Assembly: GCA_902783915.1 (NCBI GenBank)
Contig: CACZSX010000030.1
Span: 1-35,687 of the forward strand
DNA length: 35,687 nt
Reading direction: 5' to 3'
From: an uncultured Erysipelotrichaceae bacterium
Lineage (GTDB): Bacteria > Bacillota_I > Bacilli_A > RF39 > UBA660
Under the pieces are notes generated by a model. That model did not search any database and was not told the DNA's origin. It saw only the letters and a program-made list of their open reading frames with translations. The position numbers and the translations under genes were made by a program. Below, in pieces: positions 15,638 through 25,481 of this stretch; position 1 is the first letter of the stretch; every line of letters begins with the position of its first letter.

Positions 15638-16895
15638 AATTCCTCCTTATAAATTCTACTAATTCATTTCTATTTATTTTGTATTCTTCTTTTGTATTAT
15701 TATTCTTAATAGTAATAATATTAGTATTCATTTCTTCTTCTCCAATAATTATTACAAACTTCGTGCTATTAGCATCACATTCTTTAAATTGACCCTTTAA
15801 ATTTCTATTTGTATAGCACATATCACATTTTAAATTATTATTTCTTAATTCACTTAATAATCTAAATGCATAATCTTTTTCATTATCGCTTATATAACAT
15901 ATATAAGCATCAATTTCCTTTTTACCAAAATTTATACCTTCTGATTCTAAAGCATTCATAAGTCTTTCTATACCCATTCCAAAACCAACTGACGGATATT
16001 CTGGGCCTCCTAAATTACTTACAAGGTTATTGTATCTTCCACCGCCACATAATACATTTTGAGATCCAAAATCTTTTATTTCTGCAGTTATTTCAAATAC
16101 AGTATGTGTATAGTAATCAAGTCCTCTTACAATATTTGGATTTACATTATATTCTATACCGAGAATATCTAAATTCTTTTTAACTTGATTAAAATATTCT
16201 TTAGATTCTTCATTTAAATAATCTATTATTTTTGGCGCTGTTTTTATTACTTCTAATTCACTATCTACTTTACAATCTATTATTCTTAAAGGATTTCTAT
16301 CAAATCTTTCTTTACAATCTGAGCATAATTCAGATAAGTGCGTTCTAAAATGTTCTTTTAGGACTTCTCTATAATTATTTCTAGATTCTATATCACCTAA
16401 ACTATTAATATTTACTTTAATACCTTTAAGTCCCAAACTATTTAATATTTTTACTGCTATAGATATTATTTCAGCATCTGCATATGGACTATTAGTACCA
16501 AATGATTCAAAACCGAATTGGAAGTGTTCTCTAAGTCTTCCAGATTGCGGTCTTTCATATCTAAACATAGGCATAAAATACCATACTTTGTTTACACCAT
16601 TAACATATAATTTATTTTCAATTATACTTCTTACAACTGCTGCAGTTCCTTCTGGTCGTAGGGTCATATTTCTATTTCCTCTATCTACAAAGTCATAAGT
16701 TTCTTTTTCAACTATATCAGTAGTATCTCCTACACCTCTTTTAAATACTTCTGTTCTTTCGAAAGTAGGTGTTCTAAAATAATTATAATTATATTCTTTT
16801 GCTATTTTCTCTACTAAATCTCTAATATAAAGAACAATTCTTCCTGTATCATCATAAATATCATTTGTTCCTTTAGGTCTTTGTATTATTTCCAT
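15630..16895 (-). CDS. hisS: histidine--tRNA ligase
   Basis: MEIIQRPKGTNDIY..., RPEGTA, FRYERPQSGRLREHFQFG and GGGRYNNL are HisRS signatures. The start is set at ATG 16895 (AAAGGAGGAAAT upstream). The ORF track's 16943 start lies inside the T-box terminator. Confidence 0.9.
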   Translation of the reverse strand: MEIIQRPKGTNDIYDDTGRIVLYIRDLVEKIAKEYNYNYFRTPTFERTEVFKRGVGDTTDIVEKETYDFVDRGNRNMTLRPEGTAAVVRSIIENKLYVNGVNKVWYFMPMFRYERPQSGRLREHFQFGFESFGTNSPYADAEIISIAVKILNSLGLKGIKVNINSLGDIESRNNYREVLKEHFRTHLSELCSDCKERFDRNPLRIIDCKVDSELEVIKTAPKIIDYLNEESKEYFNQVKKNLDILGIEYNVNPNIVRGLDYYTHTVFEITAEIKDFGSQNVLCGGGRYNNLVSNLGGPEYPSVGFGMGIERLMNALESEGINFGKKEIDAYICYISDNEKDYAFRLLSELRNNNLKCDMCYTNRNLKGQFKECDANSTKFVIIIGEEEMNTNIITIKNNNTKEEYKINRNELVEFIRRNYE

Positions 16896-17103
16896 ATTTC
16901 CTCCTTTAAATAAAAAGCGCACAAAAGAATTATAAGGGTCCAATTGGACGGTACCACCTTACTTCACTAATGTGCACTTTAATTATAACGTAATTAACGA
17001 TTTATTATATATGGATGTCATTCATAAATTATTACTATTAGTTTACACCTGCCACTAACTCTCTATAAGTAAATTATTTATTACTAATTCCAAAATAAAT
17101 TAC
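16896..17103 (-). promoter_or_regulatory. T-box leader (tRNA-sensing riboswitch), probable His specifier
   Basis: Minus strand shows an AGAGAG element, then two CAU triplets (17017..17015 and 17013..17011, the second followed by A) in the expected specifier region. The conserved T-box core AAGGTGGTACCG lies at 16960..16949. A long-range helix AAAGTGCACA / TGTGCGCTTT is followed by TTTTTATTT (terminator). An extended -10 TGTTATAAT lies at 17118..17110. Confidence 0.8.
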
Positions 17104-17141
17104 AAGTGTATTATAACACAAGATATTAATATGTACTACAT

Positions 17142-17543
17142 TTATTTTAAATCTTTGTCAAATAATTCTTTTAAAAATGGAACTATATTATCAAGTTTAT
17201 CTATATTTTTAATTAACTTATATTCAGAATGTTCTATATTTAGTTTTATATTTTCAATACTATCATTTAATTCACATAGATATACAAGTCTTATAAATAT
17301 CATGTTTTTTACTTTGTCCAAATTACTATCTTCATGTATTATTTTAGTCGGAATTACATTTAGATTTACTTCTTCTTTTGTTTCTCTTATTGCTGCATTT
17401 TTTGGTAATTCACCATATTCTACCATACCCCCTGGTATATCCCAACAATCTGGATATGGATCTTCATCCTTACTTCTTCTAATAATCAAATATTCATCAT
17501 TATACTTTATAAGTACATGTACTATTATTCTATTCCCATTCAT
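17142..17543 (-). CDS. Nudix hydrolase
   Basis: Nudix box GGMVEYGELPKNAAIRETKEEVNL (G-x5-E-x7-REUxEExGU). It lies 33 nt downstream of the MetK-like gene with no terminator between them. Confidence 0.85.
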   Translation of the reverse strand: MNGNRIIVHVLIKYNDEYLIIRRSKDEDPYPDCWDIPGGMVEYGELPKNAAIRETKEEVNLNVIPTKIIHEDSNLDKVKNMIFIRLVYLCELNDSIENIKLNIEHSEYKLIKNIDKLDNIVPFLKELFDKDLK

Positions 17544-17576
17544 AAAAACACCTCATATATATTTTAACATATTTTT

Positions 17577-18359
17577 TTAATATAGTCCCCATTCTGCAAA
17601 TTTTTCAAATCCACCAACACTCTTAATATAATTTCTAGCTATTTCTACTATTTCACTATATGGTTTATTATCTACATATTCATCTCCTATTGCACAACTA
17701 ATTTCAATAGTTTTATTTTCTTTTTGCGCTTTTAAAAATGCATATATATTTATACTTACATCCGCTTTAGATAAATCTTTACCATGTAATCCACCCCCAG
17801 TAATACTTCCTGCCATATCACTACCTAGTTTTCTATTAGTAGCTCCAGAATCAACATTAGTACCACCACTCCATTCTCCAAGCGGATTAATAATAGCTTT
17901 TTTATATATTTTTCTTAAGTCGTTAGTTTTACAATTACTTTGGCATATAACTAATTTATTTTTATCCAATATATATTTACCATCATATGGATATTTACTA
18001 TAAATATCTCTTGCTATTTTAGATAACTTCTTTTCTTCTTTAGTAAGTGGAACTCCTTTAAATATTCCATTATCTCCACATCTGAGTTTTCCTATTTGGT
18101 TATTAGCAAGATATATATCTTGCTTTACAATTTGTAAATCTAATTTAATATTACCTGCAATCCTTTTTACAATATTATTTACTTCATTTTTATTAAACTT
18201 TTCACTAGTCTCAATTATTATATGACAATTTCCATGCCCAATTAATACTTCTACTGCTACTTTAGGATTGTTATTTTTTAAATATGCAATATCTACTATT
18301 GCTCCTGCAATTCTATCTGCCACTTTATCAGGATGACTTGGGTTTACTTTTTCTATCAT
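17577..18359 (-). CDS. metK: compact MetK-like protein (putative S-adenosylmethionine synthetase), 260 aa
   Basis: SHPDKVADRIAGAIVD matches GHPDKIADQISDAVLD. CGDNGIFKG matches GAGDQGLMFG. INPLGEWSGG...ATNRKLGSDMAGSITGGGLHGKDLSKADVS matches INPTGRFVIGGP...TGRKIIVDTYGG...GGGAFSGKDPSKVDRS. It is about 120 aa shorter than canonical bacterial MetK and is preceded by a SAM-I riboswitch. Confidence 0.65.
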   Translation of the reverse strand: MIEKVNPSHPDKVADRIAGAIVDIAYLKNNNPKVAVEVLIGHGNCHIIIETSEKFNKNEVNNIVKRIAGNIKLDLQIVKQDIYLANNQIGKLRCGDNGIFKGVPLTKEEKKLSKIARDIYSKYPYDGKYILDKNKLVICQSNCKTNDLRKIYKKAIINPLGEWSGGTNVDSGATNRKLGSDMAGSITGGGLHGKDLSKADVSINIYAFLKAQKENKTIEISCAIGDEYVDNKPYSEIVEIARNYIKSVGGFEKFAEWGLY

Positions 18360-18510
18360 TTTACTTCCTTTCTATCCCATAAAAAAATGCCCAAGATAAC
18401 TCCTGCGCACAAAGTTATCTTATAGATCTAGCATTACCACCTAATTTAATAGGTTGGTGTGATTTCATTGGGCTAGTCCCTCAATCACTCTTTATAAGAT
18501 AATTAAATTA
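18360..18510 (-). promoter_or_regulatory. SAM-I (S-box) riboswitch with hairpin/U-run expression platform
   Basis: Minus strand reads TCTTATAAAGAGTGATTGAGGGACTAGCCCAATGAAATCACACCAACC...AGGTGGTAATGCTAGATCTATAAGA, which matches the S-box core (CTTATCAAGAG..GAGGGACTGGCCC.ATGAA...GCAACC...GGTGCTAA...AGATAAG). The P1 helix is TCTTATA/TATAAGA (18509..18418). Downstream is the hairpin AAGATAACT-loop-AGTTATCTT followed by GGGCATTTTTTT. A -10 TATAAT lies at 18522..18517. Confidence 0.85.
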
Positions 18511-18530
18511 TATCATTTTATTTTTGTTTT

Positions 18531-19028
18531 TCAATACCTTTTTAAATATATATTTCTTATACCTCTTTTAAATTCTTTTGTACTTTTATATTCAAAGCCA
18601 TCTTTTAATAAATTATTTATAGAATATATATTATCCGGATGAATAGTTCCTGCTGAATATTTATATCCTAATGAAATACTATATTTATCTATCTCTCTAA
18701 GCATTTGATATTGTAAACCATTGCCTATATATTTAGGATTTACAAACATAGGCCCGTAATCTACTACTTCTTTGTAATTTAGATTTAACTCAAACTTAGA
18801 AACATCTTTCTCTGTTGATGGTATAAACATCATCGAACATATTGGAATATTATCTAAATAATATATCCATATTTTAGAATTATTATTTAACATATTAATT
18901 AAATCTTCCTTTGTAAAATCTCCTAACCATTCTGGATGCTCCATATGCATTTTTACATATTCTCTAAATTTTATATATTCATCTAAATTAATATTTTCTG
19001 ATATACTTTTCAATTCATTTAATTTCAT
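18531..19028 (-). CDS. GNAT-family N-acetyltransferase
   Basis: Acetyl-CoA binding motif A-like segment VNPKYIGNGLQYQMLREI. Size (165 aa) and overall pattern are typical of GNATs. Confidence 0.65.
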   Translation of the reverse strand: MKLNELKSISENINLDEYIKFREYVKMHMEHPEWLGDFTKEDLINMLNNNSKIWIYYLDNIPICSMMFIPSTEKDVSKFELNLNYKEVVDYGPMFVNPKYIGNGLQYQMLREIDKYSISLGYKYSAGTIHPDNIYSINNLLKDGFEYKSTKEFKRGIRNIYLKRY

Positions 19029-19035
19029 AATTCAC

Positions 19036-19662
19036 CTACTTAAAATATAAATATTTAAATCCTAATTTGCTATATATCTTTGTAGATTTTGGCAAATTAA
19101 ATAATTTAGTAAAAATCAAATTATATATTTCATCTAACAAGAATATAGTACATAATATTATACTTATTGTTAATATAGTATTTATATGTTTAGATTGTAC
19201 TAATTTAATAAGTAGTGGTACTAATACATATATTAAGAATAATCCTGATAATCCAAATATAAGTACACTTCTCAAACATACATATCCACCTATATTACCA
19301 AAATTTAATATTTCAGTATTATAATCCCAACATTTAGTTAAACCTAATACTCCATATAATATATATCCTGATAAGTATTCTAATATACCAGTAGATAATA
19401 TACTTATTAGAAACACTTGTAATGGATACTTTCTTCTTTTATATGTGGAAAAAAGTATTATAAATGCTCCATATGCATATATATTTATCCATGGTAAGAA
19501 ATTACCACCTCTCATATAAAATGTTTTAAATCCGCTATTTATAAAATAAAATATAAATTCATATATCCATCCAAATATACCTGATATTACTATTATTAAA
19601 CATATTATACTTATCATTTGCTTTTTATTTAATTTAATGTCATTGTCTATATATTCTTTCAT
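19036..19662 (-). CDS. polytopic membrane protein (possibly PF06541/CmpB-like)
   Basis: About six hydrophobic helices. The N-terminal GIFGWIYEFIFY segment resembles that family, but this assignment is from memory only. Confidence 0.5.
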   Translation of the reverse strand: MKEYIDNDIKLNKKQMISIICLIIVISGIFGWIYEFIFYFINSGFKTFYMRGGNFLPWINIYAYGAFIILFSTYKRRKYPLQVFLISILSTGILEYLSGYILYGVLGLTKCWDYNTEILNFGNIGGYVCLRSVLIFGLSGLFLIYVLVPLLIKLVQSKHINTILTISIILCTIFLLDEIYNLIFTKLFNLPKSTKIYSKLGFKYLYFK

Positions 19663-19742
19663 CTTACACCTCTATTTAAATATATCATAAATATTGTTTA
19701 CAATAAATATATATAGTATTAAAATTATATTAGAGGTAGTAT

Positions 19743-20000
19743 ATGAAGAAATTAGTAGTATTTGTTACATGTATTATATTATTATTTGTATCTTATTATG
19801 CATATATAAATATTAATAATTATTATAAAACTAGTAACATTAAAAAAGGTGAAATAATTAAATTAAAGAACGATATTAGTAAGTTAGATACTAATATTAA
19901 AGATATGAGAGATAAAACTGATAAAATAGTTGTTGATGATACCAAAAAAGGAATACTTAAAGTATGGGAAAAAGAATTACAAAAAGTAAAAAATTTATAA
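19743..20000 (+). CDS. small membrane-anchored coiled-coil protein, 85 aa
   Basis: AGAGGT SD. N-terminal TM helix (LVVFVTCIILLFVSYYAYI) followed by a charged helical region. Overlaps the downstream deacetylase gene by 37 nt. Confidence 0.5.
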   Translation: MKKLVVFVTCIILLFVSYYAYININNYYKTSNIKKGEIIKLKNDISKLDTNIKDMRDKTDKIVVDDTKKGILKVWEKELQKVKNL

Positions 20001-20893
20001 TTATAGAAACTATTTTATTAGTACTCATCATCTCATTACTGAATACCTCATACTATTTTAAAAACAAAATATTAACTATTGATAAATCAATGATAGATGA
20101 ATATAATTCATTAAAAGAAAATCAAAAAAATAAGGAAAAAGAACTAACTAAATTAAATAATTATTATATTGAATATAGTAATATTGATAATAAAATTAAT
20201 TCTATTAAAGAAGAATATTTTAAATATATTAAAAATTTGGAAAATGATATTATAAGTGGTAAATCAAATAAAAAAATTGCTTATTTAACTTTTGATGATG
20301 GTCCATATTATAATACATATAAGGTTTTGGATATATTGGATAAATATAATATTAAAGCAACTTTTTTTACTACTACTACAAATGGTACTTATTGTTATGA
20401 TAATAGATCTTATGAATGTTTTAAATTATATCCAGAGTATGTTAAAAGAGGTCATACTATTGCAAATCATACATATACACACGCAATAAGATATGGATTA
20501 TATAGCAGTGCTGATTCATTTATTAAGGCAGTTAAAGATCAGGAAGAACATGTAAAAAAATATGCATATGGTTATATTACTAATATTGTTAGATTCCCCG
20601 GTGGTAGTTCTACCGCTAGAAGTTTAAAAAGTCCCATTATAGAAAAATTAAGAGAAAACCATTATGGTTATGTAGATTGGAATGGTTATGATGGAGATGG
20701 TGGTATGTTATCATCTAAAGATGAAACATGGAATAATTTTATATCTACAATAAATGAGAAAATAGAGGTTATTCTATATCATGACTATAGTAGATATACT
20801 ACCGCTCTTCTTCCAGAAATGATTACTTATTTAAAAGAAAATGGATATATATTATTACCATTATTTTATGAAAGTGTTATGATAAAAAAATAG
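19964..20893 (+). CDS. polysaccharide deacetylase (NodB homology domain), membrane-anchored
   Basis: NodB motifs AYLTFDDGP and GHTIANHTYTH, plus RFPGGS. N-terminal TM helix and a coiled-coil spacer. Confidence 0.85.
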   Translation: MGKRITKSKKFIIIETILLVLIISLLNTSYYFKNKILTIDKSMIDEYNSLKENQKNKEKELTKLNNYYIEYSNIDNKINSIKEEYFKYIKNLENDIISGKSNKKIAYLTFDDGPYYNTYKVLDILDKYNIKATFFTTTTNGTYCYDNRSYECFKLYPEYVKRGHTIANHTYTHAIRYGLYSSADSFIKAVKDQEEHVKKYAYGYITNIVRFPGGSSTARSLKSPIIEKLRENHYGYVDWNGYDGDGGMLSSKDETWNNFISTINEKIEVILYHDYSRYTTALLPEMITYLKENGYILLPLFYESVMIKK

Positions 20894-20913
20894 AAATTAA
20901 TTTCTATTTTTTT
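20885..20913. terminator. bidirectional rho-independent terminator
   Basis: AAAAAA-TAGAAATTAATTTCTA-TTTTTTT, a 16-nt palindrome flanked by A-run and T-run, between convergent genes. Confidence 0.7.
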
Positions 20914-21637
20914 AATAATTACCAATTTTTGATAAAAATGTTTTTAATTTATCATCTTTTGGATTTTCAAATAATTCTTTACTAGATCTATCTTCTTTTA
21001 TAATACCATCTGATAAAAATATAACTCTATTACAAAAACTTTTTACAAAATTCATTTCATGAGATACTACTAACATCGTCATACCATTATCTCTTAGTTT
21101 TCTCATTAAATTAGTTACTTCACCTATCATTTCTGGATCAAGGGCACTTGTAGGTTCATCAAATAATATTATTTCTGGATTCATTATTAATGTTCGTATT
21201 ATTGCAACTCTCTGTTTTTGACCACCACTTAATCTATTTGGATAACTATACATTATATCTTCTAAGTCTATCTTTTTTAATAATTCAGTCGCTCTTCTTA
21301 TAGCTTCATCTTTAGACATAAGTTTTAATGCTACTGGAGATAGTATTATGTTTTCTAATACATTCAAATGATTAAACAAATTAAATTGCTGAAATACCAT
21401 ACCTATTTTTCTTCTTGTTATATTATGTTTTTTATTATCTACTAAATTATCTCCATCTAATACTATTTCTCCACTAGTAGGAATTTCTATTAGATTAATA
21501 CATCTTAAAAGAGTACTTTTACCACATCCTGAAGGACCAATAATACCAATTACATCACCTTTATTAACATTTAAATTAATACCATTAAGTACTACTTTAT
21601 TATCAAATTTTTTAGTTAAATTCTTAATTTCTAGCAT
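20912..21637 (-). CDS. polar amino-acid ABC transporter ATP-binding protein
   Basis: Walker A GPSGCGKST, signature LSGGQKQRVAI, Walker B ILFDEPTSALD. GlnQ/ArtP-like length (241 aa). Confidence 0.9.
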   Translation of the reverse strand: MLEIKNLTKKFDNKVVLNGINLNVNKGDVIGIIGPSGCGKSTLLRCINLIEIPTSGEIVLDGDNLVDNKKHNITRRKIGMVFQQFNLFNHLNVLENIILSPVALKLMSKDEAIRRATELLKKIDLEDIMYSYPNRLSGGQKQRVAIIRTLIMNPEIILFDEPTSALDPEMIGEVTNLMRKLRDNGMTMLVVSHEMNFVKSFCNRVIFLSDGIIKEDRSSKELFENPKDDKLKTFLSKIGNY

Positions 21638-23039
21638 TATTTAACCTTCTTTCCAGTACATTAATTAATTTACTTAATATAACAGTTATTACTAAATATA
21701 TTAATGCAATTATCATAAGTGGGAAGAAATAATCATAAGTTCTAGATGCAATTATATCCGATGCTTTTGTAAGTTCTATTATTCCTATATATGCTCCTAT
21801 AGATGTTTCTTTTACAAGTGTTATAAACTCATTACCAAGTGCAGGAAGTATATTTCTTATTGATTGCGGAAGTATTATTTTTTTCATTACTTGTGAATAT
21901 TTGAGTCCAAGTGCATATCCTGCTTCCCATTGACCTTTATCTATTGATGAAATACCAGCCCTTATTATTTCAGATACATATGCTCCACTATTTATACCAA
22001 AAGCCATAATACCAACTAGTACCATGTTAATATCCATACTTCTAAATATTACATAATATATAATCATTAATTGTAATGTCGATGGCGTTCCCCTTATTAC
22101 TGTTACATATGCTTTTGATATTAAATGTAATATTTTTAATTTACCAGTATTCTCATATATATTATTTGATATGGCACTTATTGTACCTAACAATATACCT
22201 ATTAATACTGCCCCTAATGCTATTAAAAGTGTATTTTTCAAACCCTCTAATATATATTTATATCTAGCATTATATATAACACTATCATAGAATTTACCTA
22301 ATATTCCACTAGATTCTTTTTTGGATTTAATACCCATGTGATTCAATAAAAATTCATCTATTTCATTATTATTTTTTAAATCATTTATCACTTTATTAAT
22401 AGTTTCTAATAATTCAGTATTACCTTTTTTAACTATCATCCCATAACTATCCGTTAATAATTCGTTAGGTAATATCCTCATATTATCAGTAATAAGTTTA
22501 CTAGCAGGAATTTCATCCATTACAACAGCATCTACTTTATTATCCTTTAAATCCTCTATTGCTGCCAAAAACTTTTTTTCACGTATTAATTCTACATCCT
22601 TATAATTTTCTGTTAAATACGTATCTGCTACTGACCCAAGTTGTACTGCTATTTTTTTATTATTAATACCTTCTGTATTATAAATATCACTATTATTATT
22701 TACTATTACTACTTGTTTTGAATCAATATAATTAATAGTAAAATCTACTTCTTTACTTCTTTCTTCTGTATAACTTATCCCTGCTGCTCCAAAATCACCT
22801 TTTCCAGTTTTCACCTCACTTATTATTGAATCAAAAGCAACATCTTTAACAACAAGTTTTTTACCTAAATAATCTGCTACTTTCTTTGCAATATCAATGT
22901 CCACACCAACTATTTTATTGCCTTCATAATATTCATAAGGTGCAAAACCCGCCTCTGTTACAACAATAAGTTCATTATGTTTACTACTACATCCTGTAAG
23001 CATAAATATACTTAATACAATTAATAATACTTTCTTCAT
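21624..23039 (-). CDS. amino-acid ABC transporter, fused substrate-binding lipoprotein domain plus permease domain
   Basis: Lipobox LTGCSS. A type-3 SBP-like domain (VVTEAGFAPYEY, GDFGAAGISYT) is followed by a His/Glu/Gln/Arg-type permease with an EAA-like region (EAGYALGL...ILPQS). Confidence 0.85.
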   Translation of the reverse strand: MKKVLLIVLSIFMLTGCSSKHNELIVVTEAGFAPYEYYEGNKIVGVDIDIAKKVADYLGKKLVVKDVAFDSIISEVKTGKGDFGAAGISYTEERSKEVDFTINYIDSKQVVIVNNNSDIYNTEGINNKKIAVQLGSVADTYLTENYKDVELIREKKFLAAIEDLKDNKVDAVVMDEIPASKLITDNMRILPNELLTDSYGMIVKKGNTELLETINKVINDLKNNNEIDEFLLNHMGIKSKKESSGILGKFYDSVIYNARYKYILEGLKNTLLIALGAVLIGILLGTISAISNNIYENTGKLKILHLISKAYVTVIRGTPSTLQLMIIYYVIFRSMDINMVLVGIMAFGINSGAYVSEIIRAGISSIDKGQWEAGYALGLKYSQVMKKIILPQSIRNILPALGNEFITLVKETSIGAYIGIIELTKASDIIASRTYDYFFPLMIIALIYLVITVILSKLINVLERRLNNARN

Positions 23040-23079
23040 ATACTACCTCTACTATAATAATACCACATAAATAAAAAAA

Positions 23080-23096
23080 AGTAGATATAATCTACT
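23080..23096 (-). terminator. rho-independent terminator after the arc operon
   Basis: AGTAGAT-ATA-ATCTACT hairpin flanked by A8 and T7 runs, immediately downstream of the YfcC-type gene stop. Confidence 0.65.
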
Positions 23097-23101
23097 TTTT
23101 T

Positions 23102-24568
23102 CTATAACATTATCATTGCTAAAGTAAGTACTAAAATATTTGCAAGGGCAATACAAACAACTATTTTAGCAACCCATTTTAACCAAGTAGTATATTCAAC
23201 TTTTGCAAGTCTTAATCCTCCCATTATAGCACCACAAGTTGGTGTAAATAAATTTACTAATCCATTTGCTGCAACCATACCCATTATAGTAGCTTCAACT
23301 GAATATCCAACATTTTGTGCAAGTGGTCCCATTATTGGTGTAGAAAGTGATGCAAGTCCACTTGATGATGGTACTAATACAGATAATACTGTGTGTAGTA
23401 AATAGTTAAGCGGTGCAAATACACCTTTTGGCATATTTTTTAAAGCTTCTGCTGCATTAAATATAATATAATTATCCAAATGAGTTTGTGTCATAAGTAC
23501 AGATGCTCCTCTAGCTATTGCTATAACTAAGATAACACCAACCATATCATCAGCACCATCTACAAATACATCAACAAAATCTCCTTCACTCATTTTATTA
23601 ACTATACCTATTATAATAGTCATAATTAAGAACCATAATGTTGATTCTTGGAAATACCATTCTCCTAGAGGATATCCTGTAATTGCAGACATTATTTTTC
23701 CTTTTTCAAATAATGTTACTCCAAAATCTCCCCAAGGTATAAATCCTATAATCATTACAACAAATGTTAATAAGAATAGTATTAATGTAACCTTTTGTCC
23801 ACCTGTTAATTTAGCAGCTTTTCTTTCTTCATTTATTCCATATTTTTCATTCATTGATTTTTGTTCTTGTAATGATAAGAAAGTTGATCCTTTTTTCTTA
23901 ATAACTTTTCTAGCATAAAGCATTACAAATATTGTTGCAATTATATATGATGTAATCCATAATGCAACCCCAATACCTATAATTGCACCTTGATTAACTG
24001 TTATACCTTCTGGCAAAGCATCAATTGCAGCACCTACTGCAAATGGATTAATAGTAGAACCTAAAACCCCGACACCAGCCCCTAATAACACTGTTGCTGA
24101 AGCAACTATAGTATCCATTCCTGCTGCCACCATTGCTACTGATAATATAGCATAGAAACCAACTGTTTCTTCAAGCATACCATATGTTGTTCCACCAATT
24201 GAGAATAAGAACATCAAAATAGGTATTAGTACTAATTCTTTTCCTTTTAATTTTCTTATTAATACTTCAATTCCTGTTTCAAGTGCTCCTGTATGGGTAA
24301 CAACTTTTAGGAATCCTCCTAATACAAGAACGAATAAGCAAATATCAATTGCATCTGCAAATCCTAATATTGGAGCAAGTAAAGTTTGCGATAGTGTTGC
24401 TCCAATTACTCCACTACCATCAACTAATTTTTCACCAACAAATTTTGCTTCTGGTAAGAAATGTGTAATAATTGCCAACACAAATGTTAAAAGCAAAATT
24501 ATAGTGAAAGCAGATAAAGCAAATACTCTTTTTTTCTTTGGTCTTGCTCTTTCTTCTGAAACTTCCAT
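23102..24568 (-). CDS. YfcC/DcuC-like anaerobic carrier family membrane protein, putative arginine/ornithine exchanger
   Basis: 488 aa with many TM helices and YfcC-like sequence. It lies 4 nt downstream of arcC as the last gene of the arc operon. The transport role is inferred from this context. Confidence 0.75.
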   Translation of the reverse strand: MEVSEERARPKKKRVFALSAFTIILLLTFVLAIITHFLPEAKFVGEKLVDGSGVIGATLSQTLLAPILGFADAIDICLFVLVLGGFLKVVTHTGALETGIEVLIRKLKGKELVLIPILMFLFSIGGTTYGMLEETVGFYAILSVAMVAAGMDTIVASATVLLGAGVGVLGSTINPFAVGAAIDALPEGITVNQGAIIGIGVALWITSYIIATIFVMLYARKVIKKKGSTFLSLQEQKSMNEKYGINEERKAAKLTGGQKVTLILFLLTFVVMIIGFIPWGDFGVTLFEKGKIMSAITGYPLGEWYFQESTLWFLIMTIIIGIVNKMSEGDFVDVFVDGADDMVGVILVIAIARGASVLMTQTHLDNYIIFNAAEALKNMPKGVFAPLNYLLHTVLSVLVPSSSGLASLSTPIMGPLAQNVGYSVEATIMGMVAANGLVNLFTPTCGAIMGGLRLAKVEYTTWLKWVAKIVVCIALANILVLTLAMIML

Positions 24569-24572
24569 ACTT

Positions 24573-25481
24573 CTATTTACCTCCTTCTATGGTTGTACCA
24601 GTTTTTCCTTCTATTGCAAACTTGGCTTTTGCTAAAGATGTTATTATTGCTTTGCCCTTACTATGTTTAGCAAATTCGATACATGCTTCTATTTTAGGAA
24701 GCATAGATCCTTCAGCAAACTCCTTGTTCTCAATACATTTTTTAGCTTGTGTTAAATTTAATCTATCTATTTTCTTTTCATTAGGTTTATTAAAATTAAG
24801 TGATACTCTATTTACAGTAGTAAGAATTAATAGAATATCTGCTTTTAATTTAATTGCTAATAATGAACTTGTCCTATCTTTATCTATTACTGCGTCTACA
24901 CCTTTATATCCAATTCTATCTTTTATTACTGGAATACCTCCACCACCACATGCAACTACTATATTCTTATCTTTAATTAATTTTTCTATTGTTGATAGTT
25001 CACAAATCTTAATTGGTTTTGGAGAAGGTACTACTTTTCTATAACCTCTTCCTGCATCTTCTTTAAATATGCCTAATCCTTGTTTTATAAATGTTTCTGC
25101 TTCTTCTTTTGTATAAAAATTACCTATTGGTTTAGTGGGATTTTTAAAAGCATAATCATTTTTATCTACTAAAACTTGTGTAATTACTGCTGATACATTC
25201 TTTTTTATTTTTCTTCTTTCTAATTCCTTCTGTATTGATTGCACTAAATGATAACCAATATAGCCTTCACTCATTGCACCACATTCTGCAAAAGGAAAAT
25301 CTAACTTACTCATTTCTTTATAAATTATTCCTACTTGTGGACCATTACCATGTGTAATAACTATCTCATGACCCATATCTACTAAATCAACCAATCTTTT
25401 TGCTGTTATTCTTGTATTTTTTAATTGTTCTTCTACTGTATTACCTAGTGCATTACCACCAAGTGCAACAACTATTCTCAT
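24573..25481 (-). CDS. arcC: carbamate kinase
   Basis: [22 protein letters not shown] and CGGGGIPV motifs. 302 aa. Overlaps the arcB stop. Confidence 0.9.
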   Translation of the reverse strand: MRIVVALGGNALGNTVEEQLKNTRITAKRLVDLVDMGHEIVITHGNGPQVGIIYKEMSKLDFPFAECGAMSEGYIGYHLVQSIQKELERRKIKKNVSAVITQVLVDKNDYAFKNPTKPIGNFYTKEEAETFIKQGLGIFKEDAGRGYRKVVPSPKPIKICELSTIEKLIKDKNIVVACGGGGIPVIKDRIGYKGVDAVIDKDRTSSLLAIKLKADILLILTTVNRVSLNFNKPNEKKIDRLNLTQAKKCIENKEFAEGSMLPKIEACIEFAKHSKGKAIITSLAKAKFAIEGKTGTTIEGGK

